Below, piece after piece: positions 17,097 to 25,868 of a DNA stretch of 64,000 nucleotides; position 1 is the first letter of the stretch; each line of letters opens with the position of its first letter. Both the position numbers and the translations under genes were made by a program. A model generated the notes under the pieces. It made no database searches. It was given only the letters and a program-made list of their open reading frames with translations, and was not told where the DNA came from. The stretch lies in contig JAFGSF010000002.1 in NCBI GenBank assembly GCA_016934745.1, positions 15,972 to 79,971 of the forward strand, in the 5' to 3' direction. The DNA is from Candidatus Aminicenantes bacterium (GTDB lineage Bacteria; Acidobacteriota; Aminicenantia; UBA2199).

Positions 17097-18017
17097 ATGA
17101 CCGATATAAAAATTCATGAAGTGGGTTTGCGCGACGGTTTGCAGATTGAGAAACAGGCCGTGCCGCTGGAGAAAAAAATCGCCTGGGTAGAGAGTCTTCT
17201 TGTCTCGGGCATGGAGATGATCCAACTGGGATCATTCGTCAACCCGGAAAAGGTCCCGCAAATGGCTGATACCGACACGCTGTTCAACCATTTCAGCCAG
17301 CCGGGCAAGAAACAGTCTGCTGCCATCCTGTCGGGGCTCGTATTGAATGAAAGAGGACTGGAACGTGGCATGGCCTGCGGCGTGGACATGTTCTGCATGG
17401 GAGTTTCCGCCAGCGACACCCACAGCCGCAAGAACACCGGCAAGGGCACCGATGAAGCTTTGGGTGGGATTCTTACCATGGCCCAATCGGCTATTAAAGC
17501 AGGTAAACGCATACAAGCATCCATCCAGTCGGCATTCGGCTGTGGTTTCGAGGGGCCAATCCCCCAGGAACGAGTCATGTCGATTGTCGACAAGTACCTG
17601 TCAGCCGGCATCCGCAACATCAGCCTGGCTGACACGGCGGGTCATGCCTTCCCGCCCCAAGTTGAATCTTTATATACGAATATATTGAAACGCGACAGCA
17701 AGGTTGAGTTGGCCTGCCATTTCCACAACACCTATGGTCTGGGGTTGGCCAACTGTTATGCGGCGTTCAAATCGGGTGTCCTGTATTTTGAAACAGCCCT
17801 GGGGGGACTGGGCGGCTGCCCCTTCACCAAGGTGGCGGCCGGAAATGTTTGCAGCGAAGATCTTGTCCATTCCTTTCAACGTCAGGGGCTGGCCATGGCG
17901 ATCGATTTGGAAAAACTCATTGAAATTTCCCGTGATTTAAGCCGCTTCTTTAACCGTGAGTTGCCTGGTTTCATCCTCAAGGCGGGCTCCATCGTCAAAT
18001 TTAATCCAGTGCAATAA
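17097..18017 (+). CDS. HMG-CoA lyase-family (DRE-TIM) acyl-CoA lyase
   Basis: EVGLRDGLQ, LADT.G, HFHNTYG, GGLGGCPF, GNV.SED. Confidence 0.9.
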   Translation: MTDIKIHEVGLRDGLQIEKQAVPLEKKIAWVESLLVSGMEMIQLGSFVNPEKVPQMADTDTLFNHFSQPGKKQSAAILSGLVLNERGLERGMACGVDMFCMGVSASDTHSRKNTGKGTDEALGGILTMAQSAIKAGKRIQASIQSAFGCGFEGPIPQERVMSIVDKYLSAGIRNISLADTAGHAFPPQVESLYTNILKRDSKVELACHFHNTYGLGLANCYAAFKSGVLYFETALGGLGGCPFTKVAAGNVCSEDLVHSFQRQGLAMAIDLEKLIEISRDLSRFFNRELPGFILKAGSIVKFNPVQ

Positions 18018-18029
18018 AGGAGAGAGACC

Positions 18030-19223
18030 ATGAAACTATTGGAGAAGGTCAGGGTGCTCGACCTGACCAATGTCCTTTCCGGTCCTTTTGCCACGATGCA
18101 CCTCGCCCTTCTGGGTGCCGAGGTGATCAAGATCGAAAATCCGAATGGCGGTGACCTGGCCCGGAAGTTGGGAAGCGTCAATCCACTCAACAAGCAGTTG
18201 ATGGGAACCAGTTTTTTGGCCCAGAATGCCAACAAGAAGTCTTTGACCCTTAATCTCAAGCTTGAGCAAGGCAAGGACATCTTTCGCAAATTGCTTGAAA
18301 CGGCCGATGTAGTGGTGGAAAATTTTCGCCCGGGAGTCATGGACAAGCTCGGTTTTTCATACGAAAAAATTTGCAAGATCAATGCCAAGATCATCTATTG
18401 CGCCATTTCCGGATTCGGCCAGACCGGGCCGGATGCTTTCAAGCCGGCCTATGACCAAATCATCCAGGGCCTTTCCGGCGTCATGGCCGTCAACGGTGAT
18501 GAACGGCTCAACCCGTTGCGCGCCGGCTTCCCGGTCTGCGACACGGTCGGCGGCCTGAACGCGGCGTTTGCCATCATGGCTGCCCTTTATTATCGTGAAC
18601 ACAGCGGCGATGGACAGTTTATCGACATCGCCATGCTCGACTCGATCATGCCCTTGATGGGCTGGGTGGCTGCCAACCTGCTTATTGGCAAGCAACAGCC
18701 CGTGCTGCTTGGCAACGATAATTTCACTGCAGCCCCTTCTGGCACATTTGTGACCCAGGATGGATACATCAATATCGCCGCCAACCAGCAGAAACAGTGG
18801 GAAGACCTGACGGATGCGCTTGGATTGCCTGAACTGAAAAGCGATCCTCGTTTTCAGGAACGTGATACGCGCAAAGCGAATCGCAAACTTCTAACTCCGC
18901 TGCTGGAAGCCAAGCTGAAGGAAAACAGCACGATTTATTGGGTCGAGCTGCTCAATGGCAAAGGCATACCTTCCGGCGATATCGTTAGCCTGGAGACGGC
19001 CCTGAACTCAGGCCAGGCTAATCATCGCGGCGTAATCGAAGAAATCAAGGAAGAAGGCATTGGCGCCATCAAGATTTTCAATCTGACCGCAAAGTTTTCC
19101 AAAACCCCGGCAAAAATAACAACTGCTCCCCCCAGATTGTCGGCACATACTGCGGAAATTTTAAAAAACCTGGATTATAATGAAGCAGACATTGCAGCTT
19201 TTAAAGAAAAGGGCGTGATTTAA
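18030..19223 (+). CDS. Class III (CaiB/BaiF) CoA-transferase
   Basis: VLDLT..LSGP, LGAEVIKIE, N.NKKSL, ENFRPG, SGFGQTGP; catalytic Asp in PVCDTVGG. Confidence 0.92.
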   Translation: MKLLEKVRVLDLTNVLSGPFATMHLALLGAEVIKIENPNGGDLARKLGSVNPLNKQLMGTSFLAQNANKKSLTLNLKLEQGKDIFRKLLETADVVVENFRPGVMDKLGFSYEKICKINAKIIYCAISGFGQTGPDAFKPAYDQIIQGLSGVMAVNGDERLNPLRAGFPVCDTVGGLNAAFAIMAALYYREHSGDGQFIDIAMLDSIMPLMGWVAANLLIGKQQPVLLGNDNFTAAPSGTFVTQDGYINIAANQQKQWEDLTDALGLPELKSDPRFQERDTRKANRKLLTPLLEAKLKENSTIYWVELLNGKGIPSGDIVSLETALNSGQANHRGVIEEIKEEGIGAIKIFNLTAKFSKTPAKITTAPPRLSAHTAEILKNLDYNEADIAAFKEKGVI

Positions 19224-19249
19224 GATTAAATATATAAGGAGGAATCACA

Positions 19250-20542
19250 ATGGGAATGACAATGGTTGAAAAGATACTGGCCAAGGCCACCAATCAGGTT
19301 TCTGTAAAGGCGGGAGATGTGCTGGAACCCCGCGTGGACCTGGCCATGTCGCATGAGAACGGAGCCCTGGTCATCAATCAGTTCAAGGACATTTTCCAGG
19401 GCACGGGTTTGGAAGCCAAGGTTTGGGATCCTGCCAAAATAGCCATTATTTTCGATCACCGTGTGCCGGCTGAAAGTTCGAAAACAGCCGGTAACCAGAA
19501 GAAAATCAGGGATTTTGTCGCCCAGCAGGGAATCACCAAGTTCCACGATATTCGCGGCGACAGTGGCGGCATCTGCCACCAGATCCTGCCCGAATTCGGG
19601 TATGTACGGCCGGGGAAGGTTGTAGTCGGAACAGACAGTCATACCACCAGTCATGGTGCCCTGGGCGCTTTTTCATTTGGGATCGGGGCCACAGAAATGG
19701 CTGCAGTCTGGGCTCTGGGGCGGGTGCTGAACGTTGAGGTTCCCGGCACGATCAGGGTGGTCTGTGACGGCAAATTCAAAAGCCATGTCGCGCCCAAAGA
19801 TTTGATATTGCACCTGGTCGGAAAATTGACGGCCGAAGGCGCCAATTTCAAGGTGATTGAATTTCATGGTCCGGCTATCGAACAGATGCCGACTTCGGGC
19901 CGCCTAGTAATCTGCAACATGACGGTCGAGGCCGGTGCCACGGCCGGGATCGTACCGCCTGACGGAGAAACCATTCGCTATCTGCAGAAAGAGGCCGGAG
20001 TCAAGGATAAACCGGATATTTTCGGTCCTGATTCGGATGCCGTCTATGACCAGATGATCCATATCGATGTTTCCCAGCTGGTACCACAAATCGCCTGTCC
20101 GCATACTGTCGACAACGTCAAGCCGATTCATGAAGTTTTGGGCACGAAAATCAACCAAATCGTCATCGGCTCCTGCACCAACGGCCGTCTCGATGACCTG
20201 GCCATTGCGGCCAGGATACTTAAAGGCAAGAAAGTGGCCCGGCAAACGCGAATGTTGATTTTTCCAGCATCAACGCGAATTTATCTGCAGGCACTAAAAA
20301 AAGGCTATGTGGCCGATTTCATGGAAGCGGGGGCCGTGGTCATGAATTCGGGTTGCGGTCCCTGCTTGGGGATTCACCAGGGTGCACTGGCCGACGGTGA
20401 CGTGGCCCTAGCGACTACCAATCGCAACTTCAAGGGCCGCATGGGCAATCCCAATGCCGAAGTCTATCTTTGTTCGCCCGCTGTAGCCGCGGCCAGCGCC
20501 ATAACCGGTGTGATCACCGATCCAAGCAAAGGAGGAGAATAA
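19250..20542 (+). CDS. Aconitase-family dehydratase large subunit (LeuC/HacA type)
   Basis: FDH, GICHQ, DSHT; [4Fe-4S] cysteines in GSCTNGR and GCGPCLG; NRNF.GRMG. Confidence 0.92.
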   Translation: MGMTMVEKILAKATNQVSVKAGDVLEPRVDLAMSHENGALVINQFKDIFQGTGLEAKVWDPAKIAIIFDHRVPAESSKTAGNQKKIRDFVAQQGITKFHDIRGDSGGICHQILPEFGYVRPGKVVVGTDSHTTSHGALGAFSFGIGATEMAAVWALGRVLNVEVPGTIRVVCDGKFKSHVAPKDLILHLVGKLTAEGANFKVIEFHGPAIEQMPTSGRLVICNMTVEAGATAGIVPPDGETIRYLQKEAGVKDKPDIFGPDSDAVYDQMIHIDVSQLVPQIACPHTVDNVKPIHEVLGTKINQIVIGSCTNGRLDDLAIAARILKGKKVARQTRMLIFPASTRIYLQALKKGYVADFMEAGAVVMNSGCGPCLGIHQGALADGDVALATTNRNFKGRMGNPNAEVYLCSPAVAAASAITGVITDPSKGGE

Positions 20543-20543
20543 G

Positions 20544-21044
20544 ATGGCAAAAGTTGTCTTTAAAGTGGGAGACGATGTCTCCACCGATATCATTTATCCG
20601 GGAAGATTCATGGCCACGGTCCTACCGACCGAAACTCCGCAATATGCCTTTATGGACTATCACGAATTCAACGCCAAAATAAAGAAAAAAGAATTCCCGC
20701 CCCAGAGCATTATCGTGGCCGGTAAAAATTTCGGCTGCGGTTCTTCGCGTGAACAGGCCGCTTCCTGCCTGAAAGGTCCGGATTTTGTCGTCGTGGCGCC
20801 AAACTTTTCGCGTATTTTCCTGCAGAATGCGATTAATCTCGGACTGAAGATGGTAATTTGTCCAACGATTGAAGCCAACGAGGGAGATGAGCTGGAATTT
20901 TCAGCCGACCAGGTCATTAATAAAAGCTCCGGAAAAAGCTTTCCGATTGTGGCTCTGCCCAAAGCGCGGCAAGTCATCATCGATGCCGGTGGATTGATCC
21001 CCTTCACGCGTAAACTACTGCTTGAGAGCAAAGGGAAAAACTGA
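20544..21044 (+). CDS. Aconitase-family dehydratase small subunit (LeuD/HacB type)
   Basis: STDIIYP, NFGCGSSREQA, F.RIF..NAIN.G, GGL. Confidence 0.92.
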   Translation: MAKVVFKVGDDVSTDIIYPGRFMATVLPTETPQYAFMDYHEFNAKIKKKEFPPQSIIVAGKNFGCGSSREQAASCLKGPDFVVVAPNFSRIFLQNAINLGLKMVICPTIEANEGDELEFSADQVINKSSGKSFPIVALPKARQVIIDAGGLIPFTRKLLLESKGKN

Positions 21045-21110
21045 TATTTTCCATTCGCCTGATCCGCACTGCCCAGATGTGAAAAGCAATTGGAAATCAA
21101 AGGCACAACC

Positions 21111-21998
21111 ATGGCGGTCAATGTCAAGGAAGCGCTGGCCCTGCTAAACCGGGCATTACCATTGGTGCTTCTACGCGCCGGTATCATTGCCAGCGCCGGC
21201 TTCGTAATGATCGTTGTTTTTGGCATACTGCTTTTTGCTTTTCGCCCGGCCGGCGGTGTCAGCCGGTGCGTAGCCACGACCATTGTCATTTTGGTAGTTT
21301 TGGGCCTCTCGACCGGTGGCCGGATGGTACGACACTTTTTCCTTTTTCGCATCCGGGCTGCCATGCTGTTTCTTTTTTCCGGATGCGTTGTTCCGGCTCC
21401 CACGCTGACCGCGGCAATACGCGAAGCCGGACGTTATTTCCAGAATCACTCCCAATGGCAATCTTTAAATTATTGGCTGCGCCGGGTTGTGTTGGCACCG
21501 TTTTGTTTCAACGCTCAAGCTCGGGAGATATCGTCCTTGCCCCATTTTTGGAAAGGTGGCAAATTGGCTAAATTATTGAACTCGGGGGTGCTGGGCCAGG
21601 CCGTGCTGGTCCTGGCTTTCTCACGGAGGGGCAGCGATATTCGGCAATGCGCCTGCGAAGGGGCTGCTCTATATCTTGCCTTCGGTATGGAGAGCCGGCG
21701 CCTGGCCAAGCGCTGGCTGGGATTGTCGGTGTTTGGTTTTCTGATCCTGGTCCTTTTCCTGGGCATGCCCACCTGGTTTTTTTTCAGCAACACCGGTGCC
21801 CCGGTCTGGATCGGCATCGTTCTGGCTGCCGTCATCGCCTGGGTTCTGCACCAGGCCTTTATCCTTCCCTTTACCCTGGCCGGAGTCGGGGCCGCACTGC
21901 TGGCCGAAACAAAAGACAAAACACCAGACCGGGATATTTGCGATAAATTGAACTCGTTGATCCCGGCAAAAGCAATGACGGTCAAACAACAGCATTAA
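21111..21998 (+). CDS. Hypothetical membrane protein
   Basis: Long ORF with several hydrophobic segments; no family recognised. Confidence 0.6.
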   Translation: MAVNVKEALALLNRALPLVLLRAGIIASAGFVMIVVFGILLFAFRPAGGVSRCVATTIVILVVLGLSTGGRMVRHFFLFRIRAAMLFLFSGCVVPAPTLTAAIREAGRYFQNHSQWQSLNYWLRRVVLAPFCFNAQAREISSLPHFWKGGKLAKLLNSGVLGQAVLVLAFSRRGSDIRQCACEGAALYLAFGMESRRLAKRWLGLSVFGFLILVLFLGMPTWFFFSNTGAPVWIGIVLAAVIAWVLHQAFILPFTLAGVGAALLAETKDKTPDRDICDKLNSLIPAKAMTVKQQH

Positions 21999-22247
21999 GC
22001 AGTTCCGGGCTTCAAATCGTTGGCCATGACTATTGTGCCATCGCTACGGCCGGCGGCGCTGATAAGGCAACGCCACAAGCGCAATAAAATATTTTGTAAC
22101 CGCCCCGATGCATTAAAATATTAGATCGGTTTAGCGGTTTTTTGTTGCAAACAGATAAAGTAAATTAATTTTATGCCGCTTTCCACGTGTTGATAATGCT
22201 GGACAGAGTCAATTTTACAATCCCGGGCGGCGTTGATACGGAAGGGC

Positions 22248-22856
22248 TCAACTGATGTTCGCTTGTTTGTAAAAATTGGTAGCGATGACTTTTTCGTGGT
22301 AGTTGGTGTTGGTATACTTGTAGCCGTTGTTGTAAAGGATCAGGGCCTTGATGACATCGCCCCTGGTTTCGCGCAAGTATCCCTTTAAAATGGTGAGGCC
22401 GAGCTCGATGTTGTAATCCACTTGAAACAGCTTGCGGCGGTCAATGTTCAGTTCATCCTTCCAGACCGGGTAATTCACTTGCATGAGACCGCAGGCCCCG
22501 ACCTTGGACACGGCATGGCGGTCAAAGTGACTTTCCACGTAAATAATCGCCATGGTCAGATAAGGATTCAATCCATGTTTTCTGCTCAGGCTGAAAACCG
22601 AATTAGTAATTTTTGCAAATTCCGGCATTTGCAGGCGGTAAATTTTGTCCTGGAAACGATAAAAATCAGTTTTCTCAATGGCTTTCCGATGACTGCCAAG
22701 CTTATGGGCAAGCGAGTCGACGGTTTTCTGCAACGATAAGATGGTTTTTTTGTTTTCGGATTGTTTGGCTGACAAAACTATGGCGCATACCAGGAAAATT
22801 CCCGATAAACCGATAAAAAACAATAAAATTCCATGTTTTTTTGGGGGAGAGATCAT
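22248..22856 (-). CDS. Membrane-anchored lytic transglycosylase (SLT domain)
   Basis: AII.VES.F, GA.GLMQV, YN.G; N-terminal TM helix. Confidence 0.88.
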   Translation of the reverse strand: MISPPKKHGILLFFIGLSGIFLVCAIVLSAKQSENKKTILSLQKTVDSLAHKLGSHRKAIEKTDFYRFQDKIYRLQMPEFAKITNSVFSLSRKHGLNPYLTMAIIYVESHFDRHAVSKVGACGLMQVNYPVWKDELNIDRRKLFQVDYNIELGLTILKGYLRETRGDVIKALILYNNGYKYTNTNYHEKVIATNFYKQANIS

Positions 22857-22966
22857 TTTTTCCTCAACGTCTATTTAAGTAAATTTATGATAACATTTTT
22901 AATCAATCTTGTCAAGGGTATGGCCAACCTGTATGCGACAGATGCAGACATGCAGCAAAAAATGTG

Positions 22967-23182
22967 TCAGTCTGAATTATGGCTTGTGATCTTAATGTCA
23001 CGCAGGCTGGAAAATTGCAGCGAAAGTGGACAGCTGCCGGTAAAGGCACTAAACAGGGTGACAAAACCCAGCAGCCCGATCCAGTTTTTATAAATGATGC
23101 CGGCGGCGATAATGCCCAGTGAAACAACGACGCGGATCCACTTGGCCATCTTGTTGGTATTGCATTTATTGGCTTGGGTCAT
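22967..23182 (-). CDS. DUF2892/YgaP-like small membrane protein
   Basis: IR...G, W.GL.G...L.....G.CP pattern; TTGAAA-17-TATAAT promoter 6 nt before ATG. Confidence 0.75.
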   Translation of the reverse strand: MTQANKCNTNKMAKWIRVVVSLGIIAAGIIYKNWIGLLGFVTLFSAFTGSCPLSLQFSSLRDIKITSHNSD

Positions 23183-23228
23183 TGCCGCATTATAGCGTAA
23201 AACGACTTGCTTTTCAATCGAGCGCCAA

Positions 23229-23987
23229 TCAGGGTTCTGCAGTTCGTTTACCTGCGATGGCTTTGAAGTATTTCATGGCCGTTCCCCAGGATGAAACCAC
23301 GGCGATGACCAGACCGGCAAAACCGTCGAGAAATCCCAGCCGCCAGATGTAATGTCTGAGAAAAGTTACCGGCGGCAGGATCAAGAGGCGCAGGAAAAGA
23401 CATTTTTTTCTTTGGCGGATAATTTCTTCACTTTGAAAATTGGAATAATGGTTCAGGCGACGAATATGATCATTGATGTCACGGTAGGTGTAATGCAAAA
23501 TGACGCCGGGCAGGGGGGCAACCAGGCCGGTCACATGAAGCCGTTCGTGTATGCGACCCTGCCAGGACGATTTGCTTTTTCGGAAAAGCCTGATCTTTCT
23601 GTCCGGATACCAGCCTGAATGGCGAATCCAACGTCCCAGGTAAAAGGCTTTTCTTGTGATGGAAAAAGCAGCTATGTTTTCGGGCGGTTTTTGTGCTTTC
23701 AATTCCATCATCGCTTTTTTCAATTCCGGGGACACTCTTTCATCGGCATCAAGATTAAGTATCCATTCGTGTTCGGCTTTGTGCATGGCGAAATTTTTTT
23801 GCTGGCCGTAATCATCGAAGCGGTTTTGATAGAATGTAACTCCGGCCTGTCTGGAGATTTCAGGAGTACGGTCGGTCGAATAAGAATCAACCACGACAAT
23901 CTCATCGACGATTCCCCGCAGACTCGCCAATGCATCGGGCAGGCGTTCTTCTTCGTTAAGGGTGATAATGACTGCTGAAATTTTCAT
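23229..23987 (-). CDS. Glycosyltransferase family 2 (LPS beta-1,4-glucosyltransferase-like)
   Basis: ISAVIIT.NEE, VVDS.STD.T, LDADER, WYPD..IRLF, HE. Confidence 0.9.
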   Translation of the reverse strand: MKISAVIITLNEEERLPDALASLRGIVDEIVVVDSYSTDRTPEISRQAGVTFYQNRFDDYGQQKNFAMHKAEHEWILNLDADERVSPELKKAMMELKAQKPPENIAAFSITRKAFYLGRWIRHSGWYPDRKIRLFRKSKSSWQGRIHERLHVTGLVAPLPGVILHYTYRDINDHIRRLNHYSNFQSEEIIRQRKKCLFLRLLILPPVTFLRHYIWRLGFLDGFAGLVIAVVSSWGTAMKYFKAIAGKRTAEP

Positions 23988-24039
23988 TTTATCAGTGCCT
24001 GCTTCCATGGCTGGAAAATACAGGACCCCGGTATCTTTG

Positions 24040-25560
24040 TCAATGACGAAAATGGCGGATGCCGGTGAAAAGGAGCTTGATGCCGAACTTTTCAGCGGCT
24101 GCAATCACCTCGGAGTCCCTGACCGAGCCGCCCGTTTCGACCACCACGGAGATCTTGTGCCTGGCTGCTAGCTTGACCGAGTCCGGGAAGGGGAAAAATG
24201 CGTCGGACAGGAGCACAGCACCAGTGACTGGCATTTGGCTTTTGCAAATGGCCAACTCCACGGCATCGATGCGGCTGGATTGGCCCGCACCGACCGCCAT
24301 GAGCCGAAGGTTCTTGACGATGATGATGCCGTTCGACTTCACGTATTTGATAAGTTTCCAGCCGAATTCCACATCGGCTTTTTCCCTCTTGCCCAGAGAT
24401 TTTCCGGCTTTGCGTTCAAAAGCCCCGATGGTAAAAGCACGATCATCCCGACTTTGATATACGAAACCGCCAGGAATGGTCTTGAAGTCGGCCTTTTCCC
24501 TGTAGCCAGCAGCTAGTTTGATCAGGCGCAGGTTTTTTTTCTTGCGCAGGATCGCGAGCGCAGCATCAGAAAAATCTGGGGCCACGATAACTTCAAAAAA
24601 AATGTCGCTGACCATGGCCGCCGCTTTGGCTTCAAGCCGGCTGTTGAAACCGACAATGCCGCCATACGCTGAGCGCGGGTCTCCGCTGAAGGCATTTTTA
24701 AAGGCCAGAGGCTGCCTAGCGGCCATAGCGGCGCCGCAGGGATTCTGGTGCTTGACGATGACGGTGAAATGTTCTTTATCCTGAAAGTCGTTGAGTGTTT
24801 CATAAACCATGGCGGCATCGAGGATATTATTGAAGGATAACTCTTTGCCATGCAGCTGTTCGATGGCATGGAACGGAGAACGACGATCCCGGATAGCCAG
24901 AAATGCCGATTGATGGGGATTCTCGCCATAGCGAAGCGTTTGCTCACGGCGGCCGGCGATGGTCAGGAAATCAGGAGGAGTTTCCTGGGCGGCAGCGAGA
25001 AAGGCTGCGATCAATGAGTCGTAAAAGCAAGTATAGGCAAAGGCTTTTTGGGCCAAGCGTTTTCTCAATTCCATGGGAATGTCGTTGTTGCGTTCGATAG
25101 CGTCAATGACCGGCTCGAAATCCTTTTCGTCAATCAGGACAATGGTATCCTTGAAATTTTTGGCCGCGGCCCGGACCAGCGACGGGCCGCCGATATCGAT
25201 ATTCTCGAGCATGGCATCCAGGTCGGAGGTTTTTTTTTCCAGAGCGGCCTCGAAGGGATAAAAATTGACGATGACCAGGTCGATTTTGCCGACCGCGAAT
25301 TCCTGCAATTGCTTTATGTGATCGTCGTTATTCTTGGCCAGGATCGGTCCGAAAATCAGCGGGTGAAGGGTTTTTACCCGGCCATTGAGAATTTCCGGAA
25401 ACTTGGTTAGCGCCGACACTTCGCTGACTGGAATATTTTTCCCCTTCAGAAACGCAGCCGTACCGCCAGTAGAAATGATTTCCCAGCCGGCCCGGTGCAG
25501 CGCGATGGTGATTGTTTCGATTCCTTGCTTCTCATAAACGCTGATTAATGCCCGTTTCAT
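24040..25560 (-). CDS. purH: Bifunctional AICAR transformylase/IMP cyclohydrolase
   Basis: STGGT, GRVKTLHP, IDIGGP, LRYGENPHQ, KHQNPCG, SDAFFPF. Confidence 0.97.
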   Translation of the reverse strand: MKRALISVYEKQGIETITIALHRAGWEIISTGGTAAFLKGKNIPVSEVSALTKFPEILNGRVKTLHPLIFGPILAKNNDDHIKQLQEFAVGKIDLVIVNFYPFEAALEKKTSDLDAMLENIDIGGPSLVRAAAKNFKDTIVLIDEKDFEPVIDAIERNNDIPMELRKRLAQKAFAYTCFYDSLIAAFLAAAQETPPDFLTIAGRREQTLRYGENPHQSAFLAIRDRRSPFHAIEQLHGKELSFNNILDAAMVYETLNDFQDKEHFTVIVKHQNPCGAAMAARQPLAFKNAFSGDPRSAYGGIVGFNSRLEAKAAAMVSDIFFEVIVAPDFSDAALAILRKKKNLRLIKLAAGYREKADFKTIPGGFVYQSRDDRAFTIGAFERKAGKSLGKREKADVEFGWKLIKYVKSNGIIIVKNLRLMAVGAGQSSRIDAVELAICKSQMPVTGAVLLSDAFFPFPDSVKLAARHKISVVVETGGSVRDSEVIAAAEKFGIKLLFTGIRHFRH

Positions 25561-25582
25561 GGTATTCCTCCGCATGAAGCTT

Positions 25583-25611
25583 ATTATAACGTGTCGCGAG
25601 TTTCAACGCAA
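25583..25611 (-). promoter_or_regulatory. Sigma70-type promoter of purH
   Basis: TTGCGT-17-TATAAT upstream of the GGAGG RBS. Confidence 0.55.
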
Positions 25612-25712
25612 AGACCATTTATTTTCTCCCACTCCAGTGGGCCCAGAACGTTATGTGTAAAAGAAGTTTCACAAATCGTTTCTTTTATGGTAAAATACTT
25701 CCTTCACTGCCG

Positions 25713-25787
25713 CGGGGTGTAGCGCAGACTGGCTAGCGCGTTCCGTTCGGGTCGGAAAGGCCGGAGGTTCAAATCCTCTCACCCCGA
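25713..25787 (+). tRNA. tRNA-Pro(CGG)
   Basis: Cloverleaf: CGGGGTG/CACCCCG acceptor stem, TTCCG-TTCGGGT-CGGAA anticodon arm, GGTTCAAATCC; CCA not encoded. Confidence 0.95.
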
Positions 25788-25868
25788 TTTTCTTTCACTG
25801 CTTTTTTTGCTTGAATTAAGGATATTTTTAATATATAATTGATTTTTATTTTGAACTATGGGGAATAA

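Noticed and set aside
19250-21044. Calling the operon genes leuB, leuC and leuD
   Set aside because: No leuA or ilv context, and the dehydrogenase motifs are not LeuB-like; symbols withheld.
22955-22970. Sigma54-like CTGACAC-N5-TTGC upstream of the transglycosylase
   Set aside because: The invariant -24 GG is GA.
25561-25700. ZTP or purine riboswitch upstream of purH
   Set aside because: A promoter sits about 20 nt from the start, leaving no room, and no aptamer motif was recognised.
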